Origin: Podarcis vaucheri
Lineage: Eukaryota
NCBI GenBank assembly: GCA_965113315.1
Contig: OZ220368.1
Reading direction: 5' to 3' (one strand)
Length of the DNA: 64,000 nucleotides
This document shows, in pieces, positions 12,149 to 26,000 of the stretch. The notes beneath the pieces are model-generated. The model did not search any database, was not told the DNA's origin, and saw only the letters and a list, made by a program, of their open reading frames with translations. Both the position numbers and the translations under genes were made by a program. Numbering within the stretch: the stretch's first letter is position 1; every line of letters starts with the position of its first letter.

Positions 12149-14128
12149 CAGTGTTTCCCAACCTATTTTGGGCAAAGGCACACTTGTTTCACGAAAAAAA
12201 TCTCGAGGCACACCACAGCCCCGTTACGTCAGTGTGCAGCGTCACGCCGGGAGGGACGCACGAAAGTGTAAGTTTCAATTTTCCCCCCTTGCCTTCCTTC
12301 TGTGCCAACCACCAAAAAGCCAAGAATCGCGGGACCGCCGGCGGAGGGGGGGACGGGGGGAGGGCGAGCGGAGGCAGCGGCGAGCCCCGTTCCTCCCCAT
12401 CCGCCCCATTCCGTGCAAGGAGCGCGAACAGGTGTGAGAAGGGGGTCAAACCTGCGGGCCGGCGCCGGGGAACCTCCAAGCTTTGGGGGTGGGAGGGGGA
12501 GGCAGCAAAGCGAGGCAGGAAGGAGAGTGCGGCTTGGCTGGATGAGCTTTGGCAGGGGCAGGGAATGAGAGCCACGAGGCGGGCGCTGCGGACGGAGGCG
12601 CTGCCTGCCGAGCTCGCAGGCAGCCAGGCAGGCAGACGGCGAGAGCCCCGCGCTGGGCGGCCTCTCCTGGGAAGTTTCAAAGCTGTAGTTAACTTTTTTA
12701 GATTATTATAAAAAAATTGAATGCTGGAGCACGATTTCTGTTCTCATCCTGAAGCAAAGTTCTTAACCCAAGGTAATATTTCTGGGTTAGTGGAGTCTGT
12801 AACCTGAAGCCTCAGTTACCCGAGGTACCACTGTCCCATGTAATGTAGTTTTGTGTTTTTGTGTTGTGAGCCTTGGATGTTAAACAGCCACCACCACCAC
12901 AGGCCCTTAAAAACAAGGTACTTTCATATTCATCTTTACTTGGAGGCAAGCCTCCCTTTTCCCAAGGGGGCCACTTCCCAATTCAGAGTGCTTGGCATCC
13001 TAAGGAGGGGAGCAGCGCTGGATTTGGGACGCTACTGGCGGCAGAGGGGCGCAAATAACAACACTGAACAGATCCGTTGGAAAAAGCAGCTGTACCAAAA
13101 TGAATTATTGCGAAAATGAGGGATATTTGAGGGAGGGGCCGTCAAATGTTGTCCTCGCCCAGGACGCCACTTGAAGGAAGCAGCAGGGGCGGACGCGGGT
13201 TGGAATCCTCTCAGCCCGGCCTCCCTCACAGGGTTGTTGTGGGGGGTAAATGGCGGGGAGCCCCCCCCCCACGGAGCTCCTGGGAGGGAGAAAAAGGAAT
13301 GCGAAAGCGCTAATAATAAAAGCCAGTTTATATATGTGGAGAGAGGGAGGGAACCCTGAGGCCGCGTCAGGCCCACAAAGGCGGGAAGGGGCCCCTCAGC
13401 CGCGCAGGAGGTGCCTGTCCCGCAAGAGGCCGGCAAAGGTCACCTCTGACGCCCTTGCGCCTCCCTCCCTCCCTCCATTGCGCGCGCAGTGGGGGGGCGC
13501 CGCTCACCATCCTCCGTGGCTGCGCGTGGCGGCTGCAGGTCGGCGGGCCCCTCTGGCGCGCGTGGACGGCGGCGCCCCTGGCGCAACTCAGGCGCTGGAG
13601 GGAGCGGAGCGAGCGGTACATGGCGGAGGCTGAGGAGCGAGGCGCCGCGGGCGGGCGAGGGGGAGGAGGATGGAGTGGGCGGAGTCGCAGCCAATGGGGT
13701 GGAAGAAACCCACGTTTCCTTTTTGAAAGAGAAACTTTTAAATGAGCGCGTGGTTGAAGAAGGCGCTTGCCCAGCTCCCCTCTGCGCCTCGGAGGGCGGG
13801 TTTGAGAACGCGCAATGCGCTGCCCTCCCGCCCTGCGCCGCCGCTGTCTCGCGCTCCTCCCTTTTGTGCGCGCTGCCCCGCCGCCGCCCCATTGGCCGGG
13901 TCCTGTCAGCTGATCCTGTGTTATTTCCTGTGTGTGTGTGTGTGTGAGGGGAGAATGGAGAGAGAAACCTCGGCACCACCACCGCGGAGCCGCCCCCGGC
14001 TCGACGCGGATCCTCGCCGCCGCCGCCCCGCCTCTCGCCGCCCGACTCGCCCGCCTCCCTCCCACGGCACACCAGGCAACGACCCGCGGCACACTAGTGT
14101 GCCGCGGAACACCGGTTGGGAAACACTG
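12149..14128. mobile_element. Non-autonomous hAT element (2.0 kb) with mosaic CpG-rich cargo
   Basis: Perfect 15-bp TIR CAGTGTTTCCCAACC / GGTTGGGAAACACTG; 8-bp TSD CTATAGAC at 12141-12148 and 14129-14136. Confidence 0.92.
12724..12833. mobile_element. Half of a family A MITE inside the hAT element
   Basis: GATTTCTGTTCTCATCCTGAAGCAAAG...GAGGTACCACTG; only one TIR and no TA flank. Confidence 0.75.
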
Positions 14129-15215
14129 CTATAGACCACAGTAACTTCCCCTTCCTCGGCCCTGAAGTCTGCCCTGATGCTGCACCATGTACACATGTGG
14201 GAATAGCTGGATGAGACCAACTCCACCCTGCTCACCCACCCAGGTCTCAGTGATACAGAGCAGATCGGCTCTTCATCCACAGTCGGATCATGGATGAGGG
14301 ATATCTGATTCAGAGCCAACCTGGCATTCAACAGCAGCAGCAGCAGCAGCAGACTTGAGGGTTGGCTGATAAGAAAAAGTACTGATAAAGTATGTCACTT
14401 GTTGGGTACCTAGACATTTAACATTGTATCCCAGGTCCTCTAGCCGAAACCAGTACTGTAAACGGTTGGATGAAAAAAATACCTCTTGCTGTACATAAAA
14501 CTCAAAATTTGTTTTCCCTATGGTGTCTGAAACAAATAATGACATCAGTAAAATGCTTAGCAAATTCAAGGCACAAGGGGGAAATGCAGCTTCACATCCC
14601 CAATGTTCAGCTGATTATTATTTAATAATAAGATGCTCACTGGCATACAACACCACTTGTTTTGGAACCCTCTATCTCAAAATCGCTACTGGAGAATCTG
14701 TCACAATTTTGAAAAATTAACGTACCCTACAAGCAATTTGACAGACCAAGGCTTAGCAGTAGAAATGTGGCATTAAGCATTTGTGAACTGTAGATTTCTC
14801 TCTAATGTACATAGCAAGAACAGAATATATTCTCTCAATGCAGGCAAATCTTGGAATGAGCAAGCAAAAAACCAAGAAGAGTGCTCAACTGGCTCTTCTA
14901 GCCAAGACACCAATTAATGGCACACACTCTTGACTGCATGCAAAGACATGAACATACAGGGCTTGAAATATTCTAGGCATCTGCCCACCAAAATGCTTAA
15001 CATGATGCTGGAACTCAGAGACACCAAATATTTCTCTCTACTGAATATATACACTGAATTTCAAAAATCTGGTGGCTGTTAGATTCAAAACTGGCTTTAA
15101 TCGTTTCTATCAGAAAACAAAAAATAAAAAAGAGTCATAAAAGTGTGTCAAACCCACACAATGTCCACTGGCCTCTCAGCTCATATGTACAGCCATCTGA
15201 CTCAAAATAGTAATA

Positions 15216-15538
15216 CAGTGGTGCCTCGCAAGACGAAAAGAATCCGTTCTGTGATTCTCTTCGTCTAGCGGTTTTTTCGTCTTGCGAAGCAAGCCCATTG
15301 ACGGATTAGCGGATTAGCGCTATTAGCGGCTTTTAGCAGCTTATCGGATCAGCTGATAAGCGGCTTAGCGGCTTAGAAAAAGGGGGGAGGGGAAAACCCG
15401 CAGGAACTCGCAAGACATTTTCGTCTTGCGAAGCAAGCCCATAGGAGATTCGTTTTGTGAAGCACCTCCAAAACGGAAAACTCTTTCGTCTAGCGAGTTT
15501 TCCGTCTTGCGAGGCATTCGTCTTGTGGGGCACCACTG
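15216..15538. mobile_element. Tigger-like MITE, family B, with TTAGCGG-type internal repeats
   Basis: TIRs CAGTGGTGCCTCGCAAGACG / CGTCTTGTGGGGCACCACTG, TA TSD. Confidence 0.85.
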
Positions 15539-16404
15539 TAATACTGAAAGTACAGAATCCAGTACTCACAGGCCCAATCCACATGATTGCTACCCCTCAG
15601 AATCAAAGTGTGTGTTCAGCCATAATATATACCAGCCCTGTGCATACTGGAGTATGTGCATAGGCCTTTTTCCAACATTATCTTCAATGTGTGGCTATCA
15701 GGTATCCCTAGTGGTCAGAGATAGCAGGTACAATCCCACTCCACACTGCATGGGCTCCACACAACTGGAGCTCTCTGTTGATCAGTTCAGCAATATAGAA
15801 ATAAAAGTCAAGGCTTTAGGGGGAAAGACCTCAAACAATAAGCAAAATAATAAGAGAAACTAAAATGAGTTGCTAAGAGTTTACAACCATACCCTCAAAT
15901 AAAATAGCAAGTTAATTTTCAGATGGCAATAATTTATTATGAATTATTCAAAACTCCAAAGAGAGTCAGATACTTGTTAAGAAAAGAAACTGCACTCTAC
16001 TACCATCAGTCTTGCTCCCTCGTCATGCATGCTTGCTCTACCTACCAAAGCTGCTTTGGGGTTGCTGAACAATGTCCAAATGATCTAGCCTTCTAGGCAA
16101 TCTCTACTGGCTAACAGATTTTATGCTTGTCAGTTTTCCGTGCTGACGTTTTTGACACTAGCTGAAGTCTGAGACACTTCAGAACTTAAACATTCCTTCG
16201 TCCATGGTTGCAGATGCATGCTAAGTAGGGATGCAGTCAACATTTACTCTTCAGCAGTTTGAACAACACCCTATCCCCTCATATTCCAGCCAGCTAACTG
16301 AGAATACTTGGTTTTAAGAACAACTTAGTCTCCCAGTCTTGGTGCCAAAGAATCTACCCATTGTCATAGTCATGCGTTTTATTTTTTAATTGAGGAGTAC
16401 TGGA

Positions 16405-16764
16405 GGGATGCGGGTGGCGCTGTGGGTAAAACCTCAGCGCCTAGGACTTGCCGATCGCATGGTCGGCGGTTCGAATCCCCGCGGCGGGGTGCGCTCCCAT
16501 TGCTCGGCCCCAGCACCTGCCAACCTAGCAGTTTGAAAGCACCCCCGGGTGCAAGTAGATAAATAGGGACCGCTTGCTAGCGGGAAGGTAAACGGCGTTC
16601 CGTGTGCGGCGCTGGCTCGCCAGAGTAGCTTTGTCACGCTGGCCATGTGACCCGGAAGTGTCTGCGGACAGCACTGGCCCCCGGCCTATAGAGTGAGATG
16701 GGCGCACAACCCTAGAGTCTGTCAAGACTGGCCCGTACAGGCAGGGGTACCTTTACCTTTACCT
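16405..16764 (+). mobile_element. Sauria SINE (Squam1), full length
   Basis: GGGATGCGGGTGGCGCTGTGG head, GGTTCGAATCCC B box, (ACCTTT)n tail, TSD TACTGGA. Confidence 0.92.
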
Positions 16765-19209
16765 TACTGGATGGAAAGCATGGCTGAAAAAGCTCTCACT
16801 GCTAATTCCAGATACTAATAATAAACCATTACAAAACACCCCTTTATAAGCAAGTGACTACTTTAGCTGCAGATCTTATGTGGATAATTACAGAGAAATA
16901 TATTCTAAAGATATTGCTTTTTATATTAATGAATGGCATAAGAAAGAAAGCATTGTTCCCCACTTTACTTTAGAAATAATCCTATTGAGGGTATGAAATA
17001 TTTTGCTGTAATTTCTTTAAATAACTGCCTGAAAAATCCCTAGAGTTGAACAACTTGGGCAGTGCAAAGTAGGGGTGAGGTGTTGTTGTTTTTTTTAATT
17101 AAACAGAAGGAATGCAATGCTATTTATGAATTGTGCTAGAGAAGAAACTGTTATCTGTCAAGGTAAGGGAGCTAACATTCAGGAAAATAACTACAATGAA
17201 AAGGTACGTACAATGGCCATGAGTTTTGGCACTGGCTATAACATTGTTTTACTGTTTTTAATGTATGCTGCTCTGAACTCCCCAGATAGGAACAGCAACA
17301 TATAAATTATTTTAAATTAAATAAATAATGTGTTTTAAGTTTCAAAACCACTGCTACAAAACACTGGTACAATTCACAAAAGCATAGTGTGAGACCTCAA
17401 ACTGTATTAGATTACAAACATGTGGGGATACTGCAACTATTCAACCTTTGTGCAAAGATTATCTAACTTTATAAACGATTCCACCAATCCAGTTTTAGCC
17501 ACCTCAAAAGCATACTATTTCCATGGATCGGGAAATACAAAACTAATTCTTATCAAAAGAATTATCATTATAATTTAGAAAATGCCCCCCACAGCTTGGT
17601 GGATTAGGGCATATCAAACTGTAAATGAATGGGTGAATCCATTAAAACCAAGTGTCCAATGCTAAAAGTCAAGTGTTTCCAGAATAAGTATGCTTAGTAA
17701 CCCTTTAGTATTAATTTGCAACTATAGCTTTTATACCACCTAGCAGTTTAATTCAATATATTTCATCATACAACCCACAATCCTTTTGCTCTGCACATTA
17801 ATATCCATTCAGAGGTGAGACAGATTTCTGCTTGGCTTTCTGTGTATACAAAAAGAATGTATACACATTCTTGACTGGTGCCAGTCATACCTCTTAGGGG
17901 AAGGTATTCCAAAGCTGGGTTATTACAACAGGAAATACTCTCTTGTTTGTGAATACATAGGAAAAGAGTCTCAACTGAAGATCTTAAGACCCAGGCAGGC
18001 AGGTATGGAAAATAGTGTTTCAGTGTCATGGCAAACAGCATTGATTCATCAAAGCCAGGCCAGAGTCAACATAATGATCAGCAGACACAGTACTTATGCT
18101 CTCCAAACTGAAACAGAACCAGTGAAAAGTTTCAAATGGGGGGGGGGTCAAGCATAAATACAGCTGCAGAGCAGCACATGTGTGACTCAATGCTTCATTA
18201 ACACTCCCTTACCAGAAAGAATTAGAATTGAAAGGTGGGAACTATTCACAAAAGACAGTACTAAAGAAAACACAACGCACTGGGGAAATCAAATGGTGAC
18301 AAAATAATCAGCATAACTATATCATCCCATAAGGGGTGCAATACAATGCCAATCTCTTGTTTAAACCACTTAAATGAGGCCAGGATCAAAACCCAGTGGT
18401 GACAAGTAAGATCTTCCCAATACTGCAAGACAGTTCAAATACAATCAGTTGGGGAAGAACTAATTAAAGCAGTTGGGTGGAGAATTGTGATTGACACAGG
18501 AACTGAAACATAGAAATGGGTGCTTTGAGACAATGCATTTTATATAGAATATAAATAATGCCATATATGATCAGCACCATGACCAACTGGGAGAGTCCTC
18601 AGCCCCAGCTGTTATTTATGAAACATCTAACTTTGTGCTAGGTGCCAAATTCTCACTTGAATGCTGTTATTTCATTATAGAGGAGCACAGAAAAATAATT
18701 TTATCTGAGCAGGATGTATAACACATATGCTCTTGAAGATGATATTTAAACAGAGAATCTAGCATACTGAGACTCTCAAGTTCAAATTTTAGAAAAGCCC
18801 ATTCCTAGCCCTTACAAAATATTAATGGTAGGCTAGAAGTAGAGTTGTTGCAAGGTTAAATACCATAAGCTGCAGAAAGGGGGCAGCAACAGGACTTCAG
18901 TGTCCTACAAGCTCCTTCCTCATCTCATAAATGTTGGAAACAAAATACGTTATTGAAAATAAGCAGAAAGACATTAAATTCTATAATTCATTCTGGCCAC
19001 AGAATTATGCTTGATCTAGAATTATGATTTATTTTTCAACATAGAGAGCGCACACACCTTATTATCAAGAGGAAATATTCAGAACTCAATTATGTGCCAG
19101 AGAACAACCCTCTTGCCAATTTACCAGAGCCTCATTTCAACCACATTCTGTGGTAATGAGTGCCATAATACAATTAATTGCATATATTCATGGTTTAGTT
19201 AGGTCATTT

Positions 19210-19275
19210 TAGATAGATAGATAGATAGATAGATAGATTCTTTATTGTCATTACACTAGTGCAACATTGCACAAG
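19210..19275 (-). mobile_element. Very short Rex/Babar-type LINE 3' tip with (TCTA)n tail
   Basis: Minus strand GTGTAATGACAATAAAG followed by a tetranucleotide repeat; same tail motif as 60883-60942. Confidence 0.5.
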
Positions 19276-19929
19276 ACTCACAAGAGCCTGCTCTTTAGAT
19301 GAGTTTCTATAATTTCAAATACTTCAGAATATGACAGGCCCAAGGGAGCCTTGGTGTTTCTGACCTAGTACATCTCTCATTTTGCTGAGTGGGGTCCTAG
19401 ACTTGTATCCCCAGGTCTTGCCTAACAGCATAACTTGTAGTAATTTTTTGACACTAAATAATGTCAATCGTACACACATTTCTTAGAATTCCCACTGTTT
19501 TCAATGGAACATACAAATCACACTTACTTTGAAGTTCCCTTGTCTCAAAAAATGATCTCATAACAACATAGTTCTCTTAACTACCATCAGCAAGTTAAAC
19601 TCTTTTCAATGTATAAAATTTAGTAATATCTATCAGTTCCCTTATCTACTAATTCATCAACAAAGAATTCTCTTTGCTTCATATGCTTGCTAAATAACTG
19701 GTGATTTCAAGAGACTCTAATTTATCTTTTAATTTTTTTGTTTAATTTGTATTGAATTCCACTAGTCTACACTTCAACTATGAGATTTAAAAAAATGTTG
19801 TTTGTTCTGATTCATTGGTAAAACATTGTTTTCTTGGGGAAAGTACTGGGACAAAAAACCAAAAACTGCCTGGACATGGAGCTTTAAAGCTTGGCCCTGT
19901 ACCTAGAAAGGTAGCATAAAAAGCAGTCC

Positions 19930-20522
19930 AGACGAGCCCTTGGGTCATGGTACTCCATGCTCTGGTCATTTCCAGACTGGATTATTGCAATGGGGCTACA
20001 TGGGGCTGCCCTTGAAAACAGTTTGAAACTTCAACTGATTCAAATTGCAACGACCAGATTACTGGCTGGGGTTACCTTTAGAACTCATATAACCCTTGTT
20101 CTAAAACAGCTGCACTGGCTGGCAGTTCATTTCAAAGCCCAATTCAAGGTTCTTTGGTTACTGTTTAAAGCCCTGAATTTGTGAGACTGCTTCCTTCTCT
20201 ACAGACCTCCTTGGATATTAAGATCAGAAGAGAGGGCCCACTTGGTAGTTACCAAACCCTAGATATTTGGAAACGAGGTGGCCCAGAAGAATGCATTCTC
20301 TGTGGCAGTCCCTAAATTGAGATGTGTCTGGTCCCTTCACTATACAGCTTTTAGCAAATCTTTACACTGGCCTTTGAAACATGAGATGGTGTTTTCAAAA
20401 CCCACCCTATTTCTGTGACTGTAATTAATTTTAACTGTTTTTAATACTGAATTTTAAATTGTTGTAGCCCACCCTGAGACCTGCTGGTGAAGGGTGGATA
20501 ATAAATTGAACAATAACAACAA
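19930..20522 (+). mobile_element. L2 LINE 3' fragment (degenerate)
   Basis: Degenerate ORF2 C-terminus (LKLQLIQIATTRLL...HITLVLKQLHWLAVHFKAQFKVL) and L2-type tail. Confidence 0.8.
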
Positions 20523-23500
20523 CATGCAATTCTTATAGTTACTTATAGAAGTAAATATACAAAACAACAATTATCTACTATCTAAGAGAAAATAGCAATA
20601 AACAAACAGGCCATACATCTTTACTGGCTTAGTGGAAAAGACTACTAAAATAATGATTTCCATACTCATGAAACAAGCAGGAGTGTGCACGTATGATGCA
20701 GAGAAGAGGAGAGGTTTTGCTGCAGGGCAGCAGCCTTGCTACAGAAAAAAATATTTGCTCATCCTCCTGCTAGTTGCAAACCTGCCAGGAAACACGTTCC
20801 ATAGTGTTGAGAAGTGGAACATGTATTCAAAGAAAAGTTTGTTGAAATGCTGTGTGGAAAGGGAGAGAAAGTTTCCTTTATTACCCATTTTAAAATATCC
20901 ATATCAGGTATGGGAAGCCTCTTACTATTCAGATGCTGTTAGACGATGACTTTCATCATTCCTGACCATTGGTCATGATTCCTGGGCTATGGAGAGTTAG
21001 AATCTAACAACATAAAGAGGGCCACAATTTCCCTATCTCTGGTATTTTTGAATGCTGATGTGGTACAAAGGCAAACACTAATACAGTAAAGACTGAAGAC
21101 AAAGATGAAATCTAGTCTGAAGTTTAGATTCCTAAAATGCTATGCAACTCTAGAAATGTGTACATGTATTCACTGGCCTGAATCTGCAATACAGGCAATT
21201 TCAACACTAGCATAATGTCTCAGTGAAAGCAATGTCTCATTCCTAGAAACATAAGAATGCTTAACATTGGAAACAAGCAGAGAAGGTTCTTAAAGACTGC
21301 AAAGAACTATTTCATGGTGCAGGAAATTAAACTGCATTCATTTTCTGTGCCGATGCAACAGATAGAAATAAACTAAACATGCCATTATGGAAAGTCAGTA
21401 CATGAAAAACCCTGAATATTTCTCCAACCTTAGAAATGCTGTGAAAGGAGAACTGCAGCAAGAATTGATTTATTTAACATTATTTAACAAATCTGACTTA
21501 ATTTCTTAGGCACGAAGTAAGGATTTATGTGCAGCTCTCTCACTACAGAAAGCTAGCCATCTTCTATTGATTACACATTCAGATTTAGCACCCCAGTTAC
21601 TATTTTGATTGACTTAGTGAGTATTTCATAATGTGATGTAAATATATGGCTTTAAAAACTAGTTTGAAAGAATTATCCTAAAGTCTTGGAAGTCCAACAG
21701 GCTGTTAGCTACACAGATTACAGTACAGATTAATTCCTCCAAGAAATCTGCCAATATAGAGTGGTATCCAATGCTTCCATTCCGCTAGCATAAGAGACTT
21801 GCAGTAGCAGAACAGAACTTGTACTACATGTGCCCTCAAAATCAGCTCCAAAGGGAACCCTCTGGAGAATATTTTGGGTGGAACATAAAGAAAAAAAATG
21901 AAATGGAAATATCACTACACCAGCAGATCTCTGCTGGCACTGCTTTAGATACAACCTTCAGCCTTGATTTCAATATACTCCGGTGCTTACCTTCTCAAGA
22001 AAGAGATGAGAATTGTCTTGAGACAAGAAAACTATGAGGGGAACCCAGACTAAGTGAACTGAAAATCTGCTATTCAAATCAATGGAACAAATCAGTCCTG
22101 ACATATTTGTCATGGTTCACCTAACTTAGTCTGGATCCAGCCCAATGAATTTAAATTTCAAGGATGCAGACATAAGGCTAGAATCCCTCTCACTTTTCCT
22201 TCTTTTTTCTGTATCACTTTAATTCTTTTAACTGAAATCACCTTAACAAAAATAAATATGAGAATCCAAAGTACAGTAGTATCTCAGTCGACAAACCAGA
22301 AGTCCGTTCTTAAACCAAAGCGTTCTTTTTATTTATAAATGTGAATAAGGCAAAGAAATTAACACCCAGAATAGAAAGGGAGACCCATATGGCACAACTC
22401 AGGTGGCTGGGTTTCCAAAAAAAGTTTGGCAACACACTGTGAGGTCAATATTGCAAGGTACATTTCCCTGCATTTACTAATGGAGAAACATGCTTAGGAT
22501 CATGTTTTAAGTCATGTTTAACAAAAACTCAAAACTAAATTCTGTTTTTCTTAGTATACATTAGATAATTGAGTGTAAATATGTAATATTTGGATTTTTG
22601 GAGCCCAGAATATACAAAAATCTGCCCAAAGAAACACCTCTACTTCATTCTTTCTCCAATTATTATTTCTAAAGAGCCTCCATTAAATAGTTGTTATCCA
22701 TAAATCAAACTGAATACAGACTTGCAATCTAAAACAACAGACCCACAAAGCTGAAGAGTGTATTATGACAGCTATCAGTCTGATAGTGGGAAAGCAATGA
22801 GTACACTTTTAATAGGCAGTTGGGAGTTAGATTAATATGTTGATGCTCTTGCTAAGATTAAGGTGATGCAACTACTCAGACGTCCTTGGTTCTTTAATCG
22901 TATTATCCGTCCCTTCATCCCTATGAGCATAAGACTTTTGAGGTGGTCTTTTGGAACTGAGGAGGGAAATAAGGTCCTTGCAGCAGCTCATTCTCTGAAA
23001 ACTGAGCCTAGGATGTTCTTCTCCTTGTTGTGTGCTCTTTATGGAAGACAAAAGGTACAATCTCCCTTCTGTCTAGTGACAATTGCAAGACTGCCCACTC
23101 CCCTCATTGGTTTTACCAAGTCCATGTTTAGAATAAAAGTACTGTATGCGCTACCAGAAAAGACAGTCTTTCTTTATTGTAGATATTACAGATGAGTTGT
23201 TTTACAAGCAGCTCAACCCATTTGTTTCTTGACTTCAGGAGACCAAGAGCTTGTCTAGAAAGCATATTCTCCTTTGGCTGTAGCAGAAAGCTAGAAGCAG
23301 AGGTGAGACACTAAGCCATTGGTTCTCAAAGGGTGTGAAGCATCATGCTGGTGTGGCAAGAGAGGATGGCAAGTGTGGTGAGAAGATTCAAGGACAATCA
23401 ATATTATATTTTGGGAATGATTCATGTTCTTAGTGGTGCAGCAATGAAACTGCTAGCACATTTGCAAAGCTAAGCAGTCTGATATGGTTTCAAACTTAAT

Positions 23501-24929
23501 GGAGGACCACATGTTGAGTGAGGTTCCTGTATTGAAGGGGATCCTCAGGGTCCTTTCCAACTCTAAGATTCTTAAGTATCTGCATTGTTTTATACTTTCT
23601 GGATGCCCTAGAGTAGTCATGTTCTATGTTATAAATCATCAATAAAATATTCTCTGTGGCATGAACAAATTTTTATTCTGAAAGTTTGAGAACCACTGCA
23701 GTAAGCACTGCTGGGTAGTGCTACAATCAATTTGTCTCTGCTACCTATGCTAACCCTATTCATCCATTCACACTAGGCTACAGTGATTAACAGGGGCATC
23801 ACCAATAGACCCCACATAGCTTGCAAGTATTAGGTGCATGGATAGAAATAACACTCCTAGCACTTAAAAAAAGCTTCAGATTAAAGAGCTAGAGTAGGAG
23901 GCTGCAACCTTGTCATTTTTATTTTATGTAGGACTGAATTTTATTACTTGATACTAAAAAGCAAGGGGCATAGTTTCATTTAGGCATTCATTTGTGACAT
24001 CTGAGTGTAGATGAAATCACTTATTTTGTCTAATTCTCTGTGTGTGTGTATACATACATACAGTTTAAAAAGCAGCCATGATGCTTACAGAATGCTCAAG
24101 AATGGTTCAGCAGCTGGTGTGTTATGACAGCTGTTTCTCTTGTTCTGTACTACCATGCTCTCCCCTTGTGTTTCTTTCAACCATTTGTCACATCCATCTG
24201 TTCCTCCTTATTTCAGGCTTCATTTTAAGATTTTCGGGACAAGTACTGGAGAGGGAGGGGCCATTTTGCATATCACCTTTGGAAATTATGGCAATGCTGA
24301 GAAGAGAGGGATCCAAGTAATTAGAGTATGCAAATCTTCCATGGTGTAGTGCTCCTATTTCATAGGAATCATATATACAAAAAAGCATATCATTCATATT
24401 TTAGGAAGGAATACAGCCCTGTGACATGGGGTGGATTTCACAATAGCCTATTATACACCACCCAACAAGCAAATAATAATTATGCAATAGCATGACACCC
24501 TAATTGCCAACTGAAAGCAAAGTCGCAGTTTTGTAAAACAGTGAATATCAACTGCAGATCTCTATCTGTGCCTCAAATTACAAAACCGAAAATCCATCTC
24601 TAAGCTAAATACATTGGGTTCCAATAATAATCTTCCAAGTGTTGAATATAACCCCTCCCTGATCCACACAAAAGCAGCTGAAACTGAACACCTTCTAAGA
24701 GACACAGGGGAAAGAATTCATACTCCTATTAGAAGCAGGTGCCAAGGTTTAAAATGAAAATAAACCACAGGAGCTTTTTATTCTTTTTTTACTTTTCCAC
24801 AATGAGAGCCACAAGCCACAGCAAACATGGCACTAGGCCCGCACGTCCCCCTTCTCACCCTGTGGGCATCATCAGTATCAATACACCGGAGGAACTGGCA
24901 AGGCCAGGCTTGGCTACACGAGCACGGTA

Positions 24930-26000
24930 CTCTTTCCCAGCACTTGAAGCGTCGCGGTCCCTGAGTGACGGCCGTCTACGCCCATCACCTTTACCTCCAA
25001 TGCTGTGGAAGCGAAGTAGCTTCAGAAGAAGAAAAGAGAGGCAGGCGATATATGCTAAGCTCAGAAGACTCCCCCCCCCCGCATGGTTTGGAGGGGGCTG
25101 AGAAAGACCCTCGCTTCGCATTCCCACCCTGCCCGGCTCCCAGCATCCCTGGTATGACGCGAGCCGAGAAGGCAAAGGGACGGTGGCGTCGATGGATGCG
25201 CCTCCGCCCGCCACGCTGGGCACCTGCTCGCGGCCTCATTCGCCCCCCGCAACGGCGGCGGCGGAGCGAAACAGGCGAGGGGGGCTCTCTGACTGACATG
25301 CTGCGGCAAGGACGGGCAGGCAGAGGCCTGGAGAGAAAGAGCGGGTGGTCACGCTCGCTTCGCCCGCCCGAGCCGCCTCCACCCCGGCCGAGCCGCAGCG
25401 CCTCAGAACGGCGAGGCGAAGATGGTACTGGGCAGCCACGTTTCTCCGCCGCCCCGCCGCCTTGCATTCCCGGACCACGGCAAAAAGCCCCCTCAGCGAG
25501 ACAACGGCTCCCTCGATTCGCCTGCTCCCGCTTCCATCCGGGCAAGTAGCCCTCAGGCGCGCTGAGGTAACAAACCTGAAGGCAGCACCCCGCGCTCTCT
25601 TTCTCCCCTCCCACATTATCATCCCGTTCCCCTCAGGAGCAACCGCCACTCACCGGCTTCGGAAAGGAGCTGTCGCGCACCGCAGCCGCTACCACGGCAG
25701 CGTCCCCGCTCGCGGAAGGCCCCGCCCCCCATGCCGCCTCACCCTTCTCTGCTCGCGGGAGGCCACGCCCCCGCGCCGGCCTCTTGCCGAGGTGGCCACG
25801 CCCCTTTTTATTCCACTATTATTTCCCAGCGCCGTTTCAATAGGACGAGGCCCCGCCCCCTCGCTTACCCCGCGCTCTCAGGACCGCTCCTTCTGGCCCC
25901 GCCTCTCCGCATGCGGAAAAGGAGAAAGCGGCGCTGGCGGTACGGAGTTTTTCTTACGTCCCTTGTCATTTGCTAAACGACGAGCTTAAACGCGGCTGCC
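24930..26000 (-). promoter_or_regulatory. CpG-island promoter of an unidentified minus-strand gene
   Basis: High CpG density, several GC/KLF boxes (CCCCGCCCCC, GGCCACGCCC), no TE termini around it. Confidence 0.75.
25654..25720 (-). other. Putative non-coding exon 1 of the minus-strand gene (5' end approximate)
   Basis: Consensus donor CCG|GTGAGT on the minus strand (intron starts at 25653), just downstream of the GC boxes. Confidence 0.55.

Noticed and set aside
12109-14331. Many ORFs of 100-240 aa and an apparent gene promoter
   Set aside because: The GC-rich core lies within the hAT element 12149-14128, so it is not a native gene start at this locus
16405-16500. tRNA-like A and B boxes
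   Set aside because: This is the head of a Sauria SINE, not a tRNA gene; the same applies to the other SINE heads
24739-25989. Overlapping ORFs in the minus-strand CpG island
   Set aside because: GC-driven frames with no recognised protein similarity
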